Source: Coniocarpon cinnabarinum
Lineage: Eukaryota
Assembly: GCA_051942205.1 (NCBI GenBank)
Contig: JAVECO010000019.1
Location: 62,001-126,000 of the forward strand
Direction of reading: 5' to 3'
Length of the DNA stretch: 64,000 nt
Part shown: piece after piece, positions 49,857-64,000 of the stretch
Position numbering within the stretch: the stretch's first letter is position 1
Layout of the letters: every line of letters starts with the position of its first letter
Notes under the pieces: generated by a model
Databases searched by the model: none
What the model was told of the DNA's origin: nothing
The model's input: only the letters and a program-made list of their open reading frames with translations
Translations under genes and position numbers: made by a program

Positions 49857-52800
49857 ATGACGGCTTGTCTGTATCAAGAGAATCGCGTCAGCCTCCAGCC
49901 TGCTGATCCTAGCGCTGTCGAATCCATCTTCGTCCCATCCACTGGATCGTCTGCTTTTGGTCTGCGAGACTATCCAAAGCGACGGCGCATAGAGTGAGCA
50001 TCAACATATTCTTCTCTCGTCGGATTCCACTGGCTGACTGACTGTGCTTTGCAAGATCCCCAGCGCTTAACGATGAGGCTGGCTTCACTCAACATCATCT
50101 CGCAACGGAAGCATCTATCTACTTTCGACCAGATGCGAACGCGTATCCCAGATCAGTCCTTTGGCGAATGCTCGACGGCAACCAGTTACTCGAGCTGCAG
50201 TCAGTTGATCTCTACAATGTGTCGCGCGCACCACAGGATGCTGCTGTGACGTTGCGAATTCGTTTCGACAACCCCCTTGCACCACAAGGAATCGTTTTCG
50301 CTAGTACAAACGAACCTACTTCTGCTGTCATTGTTCATGCAGTCACTCAAAAAGGGGAGATCGTTACGCTCACGCTGAAAGACGAGGTTTTCACACGTGC
50401 GAACAGCTTGGAGGAAGGTCAAGGAGCTAGTAAATGGTGGCAAACGCACTCTCCAAGCGCTCTCAAGATAAGACAGTCCTTTCGTCTTGTGACCTGGAAC
50501 AGAGACAAAGAGCTCTTCATAACACTCAACGACGGCAGTGTGGTCCGGCTGCACCGATCAAACACCGAGCCATGGAAGGAGAGCATCTTCTCAGAGTCTA
50601 CGTGGACGTCGTCAATGCGTGGCTTATTCAGAAGTCACGCAAGTGTCCGATATGGGAATGCGGATATGGACGCTAAAGCCGCTTGCTCTGCTGCACTATC
50701 CCCCACTGGCTCTCTCCTGTGGACTGTCTGCTTGGATCACACTGTCCGAGTTTGGAGCACTGTGTCTGGAAAAGTCGTTCATTCTTTTGATCTTGCGGGC
50801 CGTGACCGCGATTTGAACGACCCTGTCTCACAGCTTCTCGATCCTCATGCGAATGGTCTCGTACAAGTAATCAAATTGGCGAGACACCGTGCCCACTATC
50901 TACTTGCAGCGTATTCTCCTATAGCCAGGTTGTTCAAGATCTGGTCCATCGAAGAGATCGACGAGGGAAGCCTTAAAATTGATGACTACAACCCGGAATT
51001 TTCCTTTCAGCCGCCAATTGACGATTTGATCGAGACTGTGGGCTGGCAACTTGTAAACTTCAATCTCAAAACACCACAAAATGAAGGGGATCGTCAATGG
51101 ACGCTCTGGATCCTTGTCCGCTCAGGCTCAGCGGCGCACATTTTCACCATCAGATTCGACCCTGATGGTCAATCGCAAAAGCTCAATCGTACCTGGCACT
51201 CGCAATGGGCAAGAGCGCACACTGGTTTCGCAAGTTTAGCGGCGTTAAAGGCTGAATTGGATCATGTAGTGGCGCTCGACGACAAGGACAATGCCACCAG
51301 TGGAGACTCTGTGATTGAGCGGTGGCTTACATGGCTGCTTCGACCTGGTCTTTTCTCGGAACATGTCCTTGAAACAGCACTAGCAGTATACGCTGAAAGC
51401 CAATCTCGCAGGCTCAAGCGTGGAAAAGCTGACGCAGCATCGCGGGAGACATCCTTCTCCAATCGACTATCGATCGTAATCAACAATGCGATCCCAACGC
51501 TTGCATTCGATGAAGACACCCACTTTGTCGATCATGAAAGGCAAGTTGTTGCTCAGATCAAATTCTTCAATGGCATACTGGAAGACTTGCAGCGAAACAG
51601 GGAGAAAGCTCTTGCGTTAGCGTTTGACCACCAATTGGAAATGCCTTGGCTGGTCATGGCGGATCAAACATCTGCGATTCGATCATGTTGCGACCTGGAA
51701 ATACTCCATCACAATCACCATGGATACAGGGACCAGCATAGCTTTGCAGCGGACACCCTGCTCCTCAGGAGCCTCACAACAGCATCCACATCAAGTGTTG
51801 GTGTCGTTGTCGATGCACTTCGTGTGTTGCATGAGTCGCTATCGCACGGCTTCTTTGCTCTGATCAGAGAAAATGTGTATGCTGACACGTTGAGACCTAG
51901 TGCGACTACGTCCATCGAAAATCGAATACAAATGATCTATGACGCAAGCTCCTTCGAAGGCCAGATCAGTGATGAAACTTATGATCATCTGAGCAAGTGC
52001 TTTGAGCAGCTTGGCGGCTGGAAATATCTGGATGATGATACCTTTGCAGCTCTGCTCGATTTGTTCGGCCAAGATGATCATGGCAGATCACAGCAAAGAC
52101 AGTTAGCTCCTTATGGTGCTCGCTCGCTCATCCGTGGTGCTCAAGATACCTTGCAGCTCGAACAAGAGCTTTTGATGGACTTGATAGTACTTCTCATCTT
52201 CATGAGTTGCGAACTCCATCAGGAGGATCTTTCTGAATCGCTGACGACTCCTATTGTGTACGAAAATGCTTTAAGTCTGGTCAAGGAGCGCGTGGTGCTG
52301 TCATGGGCAGCATTCAGTCAGCACATCTCAAAACCACTGTCAGACAAACCTTTTTCTGAGCAAGCTTCAGCAAGTAGCCATGAAGCGGTCCCAATAACCG
52401 TCCTCCAGAAGCTTTTCATTGGAGACTGGGCTGACATGAAGACCCCCAAAGCCGCGGCAGTTGATCTACTTCTTTACTGGTGTCGTGCGTGGACGTTCGG
52501 TGCTCACATGATGACAGATTACGAGAACAAAATACCGTACATCATGTCAAAGCTGCTCAGAACAAGCTCAACTCGGCTCGCCGGGAGCTTCGTTTCCTTC
52601 ATGCCATCGACACCTTGGTCTAAGTACGTTTGCGGTCGATACTACATGATGGCAGGCGACTTTGATGAAGCCACCAGGCTATTTGACAGCATCGCTGAAG
52701 ACCTGGGTACCAACTTCAACGTTGCGCAATATGATAGCGACGGACTTTTAGCACCTGATGAAAAATCGCATTTTGGTGATGGCTTACCTAGATTCTACCT

Positions 52801-53743
52801 GCATCTTGTCAACCTCTTCGAGAAAGTGGAAGCATACTCACATGTTGGCGCATACGCATCACTGGCTTTGACCGAGCTTGAATCCGAAGGATCCCACGAT
52901 CTGAACATGAAGCGTCATCTGACTTCGCGTCTGTTCGCCGCCAGCATGCAGACGTCCAGGTTTGAAGATGCCTTTACCGCACTCACGAAACAGGACGACA
53001 TTGCACTGAGGCGTCAAAGCTTGAGCGAATTCCTAAACTCGATTCTGTCAACCTCGAGCATCAGCACGCTCCTCCACCTTTCTTGGCCCAACGAACTCGC
53101 AAACGAAGCTGACACGCAATTGACCAAGATCTGCTCCAAGCCGGACTCACTCGCCGCCTCGCAATATTCAGGCTCCTCACTCGAGCCAAACTCGTTAGGT
53201 AGCGACGCGTCACCCATTCCACCACATCGTCTTCTCTACGCGTGGCGCATACAGCGCAACAATTACCGAGGCGCAGCCACCGCACTTTGGGAGCGAGTTC
53301 AGATTCTGAAGCTGGCACAGGCGCAAGGCCTGCGTGGAAAAGATGTTGATGCAGAGCTTGAAGCAATGTATCTGTCACTGATCAACTGTCTCGTACTGGT
53401 TGATGAGAAAATGCGCTGGCTGCTTGTGCGGCCGGTCGAGCTGTCTGCTCCAGGTCAAGATGCTTCCACAAGTGAGACCAACGAGGACATCAAAAGAGGC
53501 CCTCGGCAGATAGTCACTGTCGATGATGTGAGGAGAGAATATCAGGCCCTTCTCGATCGCATGTCTGATTTGGCCGCGGGCCGTTATCCCATGCCATTAC
53601 AAGACGATGCGGAGGATGACGAAGAGGACGAGATCATGGAGATTGACGGCGATACTGGCGACAAGGACGTGCAGATGCGGGGAGCGCTGATGGGGCTAGG
53701 CGTGGCACAGGGTATGCCTGAAGTGGACGTCTTTGCGGGCTGA
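49857..53743 (+). CDS. NUP120: Nucleoporin Nup120/Nup160
   Basis: ~1270-aa protein: HLATEASIYFR...YPRSVLWRML, LWTVCLDHTVRVWS propeller motifs and a C-terminal LYAWRIQRNNYRGAATALWER. One intron at about 49994-50056. Confidence 0.88.
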
Positions 53744-53799
53744 CGACCTTTACTGGATGATGTTGTACGAATACATGTGAAGTATAGTAGTCTAATCGA

Positions 53800-56700
53800 G
53801 GTCCCTACACGTTCGTTGTTGACTTGTGTGTTATCCAACGATACGATCCCTATCATCCAGCGGGACGTAGATTAACCTTACCGCTACATTACGCGCTTAA
53901 CTTTACTCTACGCAATGTGGTCTTGCACCGCCCTTCAAGTACACGAGGACATCCGTGACGTCGATATGAGGCTGAATGGTCTAACCCTGCCGAAAAGGCC
54001 CCGACGTTCAAGATCAGTGCAGGCTTTCAGCCTTGCTGCTTTGATCGTGAAAGTACATCTTATTCCCTAGAATATTTCTCAGTCTCAGTTGCCTAGACTA
54101 CAACCTTACTTTTCTAACGTTGAAGGTGAACACCATGGAATGTAATGTTGCCTTACTTTCAAGGCAAGATTCAGGGGCATAGGGGATGGAACTGTGGCGC
54201 AAACGCAACAGTAATAATCATACATTTTTTTACGTCAATTTTCAAGAGATTGTGACGAGTCCACATCTTCGGTACATGTTCTCGATGAATTGTTGGAGGC
54301 ACCACTACTTGGACATTTCGTCAGGATTAAGTTGAGTAGAGAATACTTTTGGGATTGTTTTCATGTGCGGCCACCTGTGCAACCTACAATAATCACAGGG
54401 CTTGGCCATGCAGGGGTTCTGATCACAGCACACTGACACGCAATGAAAATACAACTGTGAAGCTCAAAAGCTTCAGCTGACCCGGATCCGTCAAACGTGG
54501 CGTTGTTGTGCGTCGTCATTGAGCTCAGTTAGGGCGTTTTCCATTTTTACGAGCCAGCATTGACACTTCGCGCAACTCAACAGAATATTGTTGCCCCTTA
54601 TAAATCTGATGATTCTTCACAATCTGCCACCCAGCAATTTCGGGATTGAGCTCTATCAAGGGGACAGTCGTTGCCTTGCTTTTCAAAACTATAGGAGCTC
54701 GTTTAGAAAACAGGATGTTTTATCGTGCCTGAAACGTGGAGGTAACGATTATCATCGACGAAGCACTGCATACTGCATTTCCGGTGCTACTAATTGTTTG
54801 GCAACGTGCGAGGATATGTTCTCATACGGTCCTGTCAGAGTCATGTGCTCCCCCTGTTGGTATTGCGGTTGCTGTTATAAGCGAACAAGCAACGACATCT
54901 GCTTGTGCAGGAAACGCTTTCATGCCACTTCTTTGTATCGTAATGGCTGGCTAGTGACCCATTTGACGGAACAAATACAGTCATGGATTCATTCGATTGC
55001 AGACCTGCTTAAGGTTGTCATGCAAACATGGACGACGCCCTGTGGAGAAGGAATAAACATGCACAGGGGCTTCCTTGTTCATCAAGCGCACGCCATGCCC
55101 GCAAGTTACAGTTCTTATTCAAGCTGGACGTCGTATATCCAATAATGCACAGTATCAGCAGATGAAGCGCACAGCTTCGCTTACTTTTTTGTACGCTCCA
55201 AAGATGTTGAACGATATTGATTCTAAATGAAATTCCATCGACACTGTTTCATTTTCCCCTACAGAAAGACAAGAACAGGGTGCTGCTCTATCTTCGGACA
55301 GTCGATAGACCAGTGCCGCAGTATGGTCTGCCGACTGATATACCTGCTGCGTACATTACATCACGAAAAGGCACGTGATTGCCAGCAGCAAATAGCATCG
55401 TATGTGATAGAAAGCTGAAATGCGAAAATAACGTGATCATTGAGGTCAAGAGAATCAAGTATAGGTGTCCATAGGGCTTCGTAATGCTCGAAATTTGACA
55501 TCGGACCACCGACCCTTCGGCATCTAGCATCTACTTCTTTGCAAAGCCCTAAGACGTGAGTCTAGCTATTGAGCCTCAATCATAACCACAAATCTATATC
55601 AACGATTGAGAACACTCCGGTGAAGCGTCTGTAAGGCACGAAAGACGGGAAATTGTATTGCGACATATGCTCTCGTTGAGGACCCTAGCATGGGTTCTCT
55701 TCCTGGTATTCGATTTTACCGCGAAAACAATGCATCGACTTTTTACTAGAGATGACATAATGGCGACGTCAAATGCATAGCCATATTAATAGATTTGCGC
55801 TTACTTCTTTCCTCGACAAATGTAGCGCAATACGGTAAGCAGAAGCAGAGATGCAAGAGATATATCAGGGGGAAGCTTGTGTAGCCGCTGCGGAGACTTT
55901 GTCGAGGCAATACTAAGTCTGGGAAATTTCTGCAAAGCATGTCATTGATGTACATCTAAGCTCATGATTATCATCATCAATGAAATTTCTAACAATAATG
56001 ACGGGCAGCCAAGCATGACTTACAGACCTAAACCTGTGCTGATCATGATGCCCGTTAATAGTGAGAGAGTCTGGGTCCTACACCGCAGCATCGACGGATG
56101 TATCAGCGCATTTGACGACGGTATTTGGCTTCAAAAGAGGCGCAGATGCAGAAACGCCTCTTGGACTTCATGGACAAAATCGTAGAAGCCAAAAAGTTTA
56201 GTAGCTCCGGGAATCGTCGCCAGCATACCAACGAGTAGGCGCAGATTAATGCGAAGCAATAGTATTCTTAAGGGGAACGATCTACCCTTTCTAAGCTAAT
56301 GTGTCTCCGCATGAGTTCCTTTGCTCTGACTTTACTGCCACTCGTCGTCATCACCAATATGACGTTTAATCATAGAGTCGTAGGTGCCACTTGTTCCCCC
56401 TTGATTTCATGACTTCCGTTTGGGAAAGTCTCGAATGTCTTCGCTGTTCCTGGGGTGGAGTATGACTCGTATCTTGGCTCCAGCGAGCTTCCAACTCGCT
56501 ATTGAAGCCTGAAAGAGGCGGTCTCGGCCGAACGTAACCTTTGATGCTGAGGAACTCTCAATTTCTCTACGTTCATGATTAGCCAAGACATCTGCAGTGA
56601 GCCAGGAGTTGCAGATCACCGCGTTTACTGGCGCATCGAGTATACTCGCAAAGCATATGCAATCTCTGGTTTCCCATTCACAGCTCTGCGAGCACGGCGA

Positions 56701-59700
56701 TTGCGCGATAGTGATCAGCATCATACCGAGACTATCATTACTAAGCTGCTTCAAACGTGGCTTTATGCCGCTTTATTCTGATGATATTCTCTCCCCTACA
56801 CTTTTGGTACACTTTTGGGAAAACCCTGTATTTCTTGAGCTAAGTTTTGCATAAGAGCAATCAATTTTTTTCCATAATAGATAGTAGCCTATTTCACCGG
56901 TACTTGTTTGAGAGTGAAGCGGCGTTACATCTTTGCATATAAGAGTATTACTACTCACGTCAATGCCGTCAGCGTAAAACACTTGAAAGGCAATTTGAAG
57001 AGGCAAGTTCTGGCAACAAACAGGGGAGATCGCAGACTATTATTCTATGTTCCTAGCTGTGTACAGGTTCATCTATCGAAGCAAGTGTGTCGCAGTTCGC
57101 TTCCCCGCTATGACGTTGCATTCGTTGTGGTAGTAATTATCATCATCATCATTCTCATAAAACAACGACTTCTTTCCACATAAATGAATACGCAATTCAA
57201 GATGCCTTCGTTGATAAGGCAAGTCCCCCCTGCTGGCTATGGGACTGGTGGTAGCAGAATATTATTAATGTTTAACTAGAATTCTAACGTGGATAGCACT
57301 CTCGCAAAGCATCTCTATTTCTTAAGTTGAATAGAGTGTTCGCCAATGTACCTATAGCTTCAACGTGCACAACCATAGGCTAAATGCCAAGAAAGACAAG
57401 CAAACCCGGCATAAGAAAAAACAAAAGTACGCAAGGGAGTGTTCCTGCGTCGTCACCGACTGCAGTACTAGTCCCCAGATGACTGTTTTAAGAGAGTTGA
57501 CTAAATCGCCGCGTCTCACGTATCTGTGTGCGTACCGGGGAGAGAAACGCAAATAATAGAATATAATTGTCAAATCTTATCGTAAAGAGTAGCGCTACCC
57601 CTTTTCAGCACTTTCAGAACTCGTTCGGCTCGCTTGGACTTCGCAATAAGATCTGCTCTAGTTGAAGAGCATAATAATTATGATGCACAACGCGTTTCTC
57701 TTAGGCATTCTGCGGCGCGCGATTAGCTGCGTGGGTTGAGAGTTCCGTTGAAGGAAGATCGCAGCAACACAACAGCAAATAGGGGATTACTAGAATGTCA
57801 ACAAGAAAATTATAGCGCTCGAGTCTTTGCGAGGTAAGACGCTTTCATCCAATTCTGTGCGATGATAGTCGTCGGCGGCTATATCCTATTTATAAACCTC
57901 GCAGCTTAGTAAGCCACCCAGAACTACGCGACAGTTGTCTTTGCAGCCAATGCATAATCTGTCAACTTTGCACCATACGTCCAGTAGAGGCATATACAAA
58001 GTTTGTGATGCAGCCATTGTATTCCAGGGGACGAAAGACAACGTACACATCGCTAGATTCTTACAAGTCTTCTCCCTAAAATTTCGTAGTAATTGTTGCT
58101 TGAGTTCTACGTGACGATGCTGATTAGTAGCATTCTCATGCATATCTTGTAAAATGCGACGAAACTCATATGGCGAGTATTATCAGCTTTTGCAAGCTTA
58201 TTAACGACGCATTGAACACAGTAACCATTGGATCAATGCCAAACGCTCATGAAATAACACACCATCGCGTAAGAAGTGCAAACTACGATAGCACGTGCTT
58301 AACGATAAGGCGCTCAAGTTGGCAAGACCTCTATTAAGCGCAAGAGGAAATATGTATTCGAATTGTTTAGCACGTCTCAAGAATTGATACAATAACGGTG
58401 CTGATGAGTACCATCATCTTCTCAACCAAAATTTAGTCCCACTATCCTCACTTTCTCACACTGGTCTATTAAGACGTCATACGACATGTGACACACAATG
58501 CACGTTGCTATACTTACAAAAGTCATCTGTCAACGTTTAATCTTAATATTCTTCGAGCAAAAAACTACTTTGGATAGTAATTAGAAAATTTGTTAAGGGA
58601 GTTTCTAAGTTTCAAGCTCTTATTGGATTTTTCGAATACGATGTTGATGACTGCTTACTATTACGTTAATGTTTTTGCGATGATGCAGACCAAGACTCGC
58701 TGTTTGGCATTTCTCTTATCTCTACCTGTATTTAGCTGGTACTTTCAGACTTCTAGATTCCTTACTTGTACCCCTATGTCTGTATTGACTTGCTAGTGTA
58801 CTTTGCTCGCGATCTTGAAACAATCCAAAGACTATGTAACAATTCTAGACATTGCAGGTATATCTACTCAAGCCTCTGCAAAAGTGCATCATGCAACTTT
58901 AGAGTCTCGGAGACTAATGTATGATTGGGACGTCGGCCAATTTAGGGGTCGTCGCAGAGCTGACTTGATCAAGGAAATCTTAAATCTTAACAAAAAGACA
59001 ACCTCTTGATTAGAACTTTTCTCGCGAAGATGCCAATCAGCAACCTCTCAACCCTCTCTTTACCATACTTATTTATCAAATTCAAGACTGCCAAGCTTTT
59101 TCACGATTATTTAAACGTATATATAAGACTCAGGTTGCTGTGTGCTCTAGCTCAAATGCAGAGTTTCACAACTTCTTCTTTTAGTTATCAAAAATCCGGG
59201 CTAGGGGATAGTCTAAAACTCACGCATCACGGCTTTGCTTTTGTATACTAGCAAGGTCTTTTTCATTTGACGTTTTGTGATGATGGATATTAGCAGCACT
59301 TCGGTCGCGTCTTTTACTCTAGTCGAATGTCAATTTCACTTATACGGCCCTTTTCACTTGCCTCTGCTTATCTCTCGTCTCCAGAAACTGACCCTAACCC
59401 TTTTTTCATTCCTGATTCTTATCTTGACTCATGGCTCCTCATTTGAAGTCTCTTTATTCTTTTTCGTGACCGCAACTAGACACAACATAAAAGTCACATA
59501 ACATCACTGATTGTTTTAGACATGCGAATGTAAGTTTCTCGACAAGGACGACCTTCTCATATCATACACTTACAAGCGGCCAATTCGATGTTATACATTC
59601 AAAGAAGGAGATTTATGGCTGATTAGATTAACAAGTTGAGATTTACTATTCTCTCTTGTACCGTAAGTGATTCCATGTCTATATTCTCGCAATGATGTGA

Positions 59701-62700
59701 ATCAGCAGCTCCTCCCATCCCTCTGCTTCTCACATCATTTCATACCAGTGGCGTTACTCTAAGCGATCATGTGACTCGAGGAACACTATTCAAGAACTTG
59801 TTAATAAAGGGGAGACGTCGTGTTTCTCAACGCAAGTACAAACGTTGAGAGGTCCGGGTGGGGGAATGGGCTGCATTTAGGGGCTATCACAACCAAGCCA
59901 CTCAGCAACCTTGCTTCTATCATTGCTCTTGAATGCATCCCGCGCAGAATCTTGCTTAGCTACGATGATGACGCGTAGTACCAATGTATTCGGGTCAAAG
60001 TATCAACTTTAATCAATCTCGTCTTCGCCTAATAGATCAATGCAATAATTAAGACGTCACATGACGCATGTCGACCTACTCATAAACAGACCCCTACTTA
60101 TGAACAAAACCGTTCATCCATCAAGACAGGTACTCGTCACGTAAATCAAACTTCGTAATGCTTCGTGGACTTTGAGCTAGGGGCGTGCAGCACTTGTTAA
60201 CTACACGACTTGCTTTAGACGACATTTATCGCATAGTGTCACGTCACGCTTGCCTACGATAACGTTTATCACTATTCTGCCTCGCCAAATTCTCGTGTCA
60301 CGACAATGACATGACACCTCCAATTATTAGAGAAAAGCAGTATTCCAATTCCGTGCGGAGGTTTACTTGCGAGCGGTGTGGACTTGGAGACGTGTCGCAT
60401 CGTCTACTCAGTATCAAGGGGAATATAATAATCGAGTCATTGAGAATTTCTAAAGGATGTTAATCTGAAGCATAGATTAACGTTAAGCTTACTTCCTCTG
60501 ATGCTTATGAGCAGTATCTCCTTGCTTCTCGGCGCCTTCTTACCAAATCCTTAAACCGTGCTGGAAACCCGCGAATTCCTTCTAAACACGGCTCTAAGTA
60601 TCGCAGAGCTTTAAACTCTAACACAACAGAGTTAGGATAACATCAGACTTAGTTCGTCCGACTAGTAGGGGCCACATGTTAAGTTACCTCTACAATACCA
60701 CTCGTGTCGTCGTACTTGAAACCAACTTTATGCGTATCTAGGCGTGTTCTATGATGATGACGATTAATCGCGATTGTCGATGTATATCTACCAAATTTGC
60801 AGAAAGGTTCTGTATTACACAAATTGAAAAAGAGAGTTTTGAGTCGCCAATCGCTGTCAATATCGAGAGGGGATCAACAAACCCAATCCCATTACAAGAA
60901 CCCAGACCCTTCCTCAACTCCTTCGCGTTCGTTTTCAATAGCGTCATCTCGGTTTCTTGTACGGTATTTCTGTAATGATGCCAGTCATCACTGCGCATTC
61001 ATCGTCTTGCAAATTCAAAGTATTTTAAAGTAATCAGAAGACATATTATAATATACGAATAGTATACGACCTCGAGTCGAACTAGCTGCCCCTGCATATG
61101 AAACGTCTTGGAAGAAGAAAAAATCAGTCGATGCTTAAGCCATTGATCGTGTATTCTAGTTGTCTGTTTAGTAAATGGAATCGTTTTTAATTTCCGAGGA
61201 TAACGATGGACCTTGATCAATACTAGCGTAACTTCATTAATATCTTCTTACGAAATGATTTTGTTGGGAGTATTGCAAAGTCAACAAATGTCTAGGCATT
61301 ATTAAATGAAAATGACCTGGAGACAGGGGATAATAGTAGACACAGTAGGTTTGAGTAAAAAAAGAGCTGCGTTTACAATATACCACTAGTGAACTTCATC
61401 TTTAATTCTCTACGACGATGCTTGTCACTGTCGCTTTCTACAAAACCTTGATTATCATACCGAAGAAGATCGCTTGATCACATAATGGAGCAGCTACAAG
61501 ACCCACAAGTATAATGCCAAATGCAAAGATTTGTAATAATCTAAAAAGCTGATATAATCGTTGTAGAAGATAACAAGTATAAGGGATAAAGCTGGAGCCA
61601 TCGTAACGACTTTTTCACAGCTTGAGTTTTGGTGTTTTCCCCTAACAATGATGCAAAGCAGCAGCGAATTACGATTTCCTTGCTACCATTCCTTCATATC
61701 AAGACAAGACAAAAATGTCACAAATTATTTCAAGCAATGCAACAAACCTACTCCAGTTTCAGCAGAACTCACGGCAAAGAGGATTAGCACATCCACCTCA
61801 CTTTCAGTAATCCGTTCTTCGACTCTTAAAAGCATTAGCATAACTCCTTCCAGGACGCTTTTCTAATCATGCCAATCATCATCTCTCAACTCACGCCCTT
61901 ACAAAGTTGCCCTGTCTTTCACGAATTTTTAAATGTTTATGAAAGGGGCGATCGTCCTTTAATCTTTGAGTTTCAAGCTAGGGACTTTGAACGGTAGTGA
62001 ATTTTGAGAAGGCGAGGGGATGTCAAACGTATGGCAATGTTGTATTTGCTTTTCTTTGTCTTGATGAGTATGTTGTTTGGCTTGAGTTTCTGTGATGATG
62101 ATGATGACGATGATCTCGAGCTAAGACCATATTCATCACAGCTTCATGAGAAGGCTTCTAAGCTTGATCTTGCACATCTCGACATCAACCCACCTGCTGG
62201 AATGAGAACACTTCAGTTCCACCCGCAAAGTGGGATCATACAGACTGATGACGCCGCGGTAAGAGTAAATGCTTTTACGAGATATTGCCGTTCAAATCTA
62301 TTCGTTCCTACTCATGGCGATGCTTACCACCATTTACTACCATTCAGGAATCAACTTACGATCTCCAAACTCTTAGGGGTTATGCAGGTTGTCAGCGTAT
62401 GAAACTTCTACCCGACCGCAAAGAATCCGTAGCAATTCAAGTATGCCAAGACACAGTCACGAAAAGGGATTTTCGGCGAAGGGTATAAGACAGCGCATCA
62501 AATCAAGAACCTTTCTTAGACCACGCTAAAAGGGTGGTCCACGCTGCAGTCAGAGCCTTGCGATGATGCAAAGCGACGATATCCTTCTATGATATTGCAT
62601 GAAAATACTACTGAGCATGACTTATACTGCTGAGTAGCCTATGCAGAAATAAAGATGTAATGTAGCGCAGGTCATAGAGCATAGGCGCTGCTACTAACGA

Positions 62701-64000
62701 AGCTACCAGTGACGGGACTTCTACCACCGGGACTACTACTACTGGCCACAAAGGCGTTGAAGAATCCTGCTAACATCCTTGACTGAGAAGTCATCTCTTA
62801 CCACATAACCACACAAGCAATCTCCACACAAGCAATCTCAAAAATTATTTCAATTCTACATCAAACACAGGGGATGACAACTATACGAAGCGTGAATAAG
62901 TGATCGTGCTTGCATCTTGATCAAGATACGAGTGTGACTAAAGCTCACCGCGATGATTCTGCTTATTGCGATTCATGAACTGAACAGTCACGTGACAAAG
63001 CATCTACGAGAGATATCCACCAAATCCAACCGCAGAGGCTTCACCGCAGAGGCTCCACCGCACTTCCAAGACTCCACAGCAAAGCCGCAAGACAGCGTAT
63101 CGGACCAACGTAGGGGCGCCATTGCCATCGCTGACAGAATTGCTATGTTCTGTCGTCATTCCATGTTGCCTTTCATCAGAAATTGACATCATGTCGTGGG
63201 TGTTGTGATGATGCAGGGCATCCATGGTGCTCCATAAACGGTGTTCAAGGTTCAATGCCTAAGTCCGTTGTTGCGGGTTTTTGGGTTGAATATTTGAATG
63301 TCGGACAGCCCCTGGCGACGGATGATACCTCTATTCGGGAGACACGAGAATGTGGAGGGTTCATAAGATTACATCGCAGCTGAAACTTGGGACTGGATAA
63401 ATGACTGACTCTTACCGTTAAGGTCGCTTTCAAAGTCCATGGGTCTAAGTTCAGGCAGCCCCACTGCGGTGATAAGCCTAAATACCACAGCGAAACCCCG
63501 CCATCGCTTAAAAGCACAGAATAGAGCTGGAACCTGCTGCGGTAAATGCGTCCAAGGTCTAAGCGAGTTGGAGCTGGAATGACAATATTGCCATTGAGAG
63601 GGACTAGGGGATGCTAACATCATATCACATAAGCTCACTGCTATGATTGGCATGGCGATGGACGTGTCATGTCTGATATGATGGTACTCATTAGCATCAA
63701 GACTCTATTGACATCTAACAACTTCCATCAAAACTCGAAGGAAAAAGAAAGTGTGATAGAAAGCTGGCATATTGTAAATAATCCCATCAGGACGAGAGGC
63801 TTTGGTCTTCATTCGGATGCAATCCTTTTGTTCACGCTTTAGTAGCGAGCAGCGCAGTCGAATCTTAAACAGTGTAGAGCAACTTACATCGATTTCTGAT
63901 TCGTCAGAGATAGCGGAGAGTCACATGACTTACCAAGATATTTAACGCGTGCCATTTGAGATTGCAGACGCTTTTGCAATGCAACTGATTCGCAAAATCT
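53800..64000. other. Gene-poor, more AT-rich decayed region
   Basis: No ORF over 185 aa and none with recognisable motifs over ~10 kb. Several reading frames continue across isolated stop codons. Confidence 0.6.

Noticed and set aside
54588..55145. Cys-rich 185-aa ORF
   Set aside because: Non-ATG start in the track, no signal peptide or domain pattern; composition resembles random translation.

Overview
Eukaryotic, intron-containing genomic DNA from a filamentous ascomycete (Pezizomycotina; Dothideomycete-like by my impression only). Conserved genes sit in two blocks. The left block has SEC26/beta-COP (3' end off-window), mago nashi, GID4/VID24 and TRM8. The centre-right block has a 2H-phosphoesterase, an aldehyde reductase, a GPI-type protein, a DUF1365 protein, an alpha/beta hydrolase, an SPG5-like protein, DPB4, SLD3, a SAM methyltransferase, RAD51 and NUP120/160. 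Between them lies an accessory island (~8.6-25.4 kb). Its most striking content is an array of at least seven highly diverged paralogues of a small, non-secreted orphan protein, hidden from the ORF track because four copies are broken by RIP-type stops or frameshifts. The array surrounds an AT-rich relic and abuts an ~870-aa protein ending in a HicA-like domain and a protein with an embedded ubiquitin (LRGG) domain. A STAND-N/ubiquitin-like gene at 36.5-38.6 kb is frameshifted in an A8 run. The last ~10 kb (53.8-64 kb) has no recognisable intact gene and looks like decayed sequence. All assignments come from reading and recalled motifs; no database searches were run.
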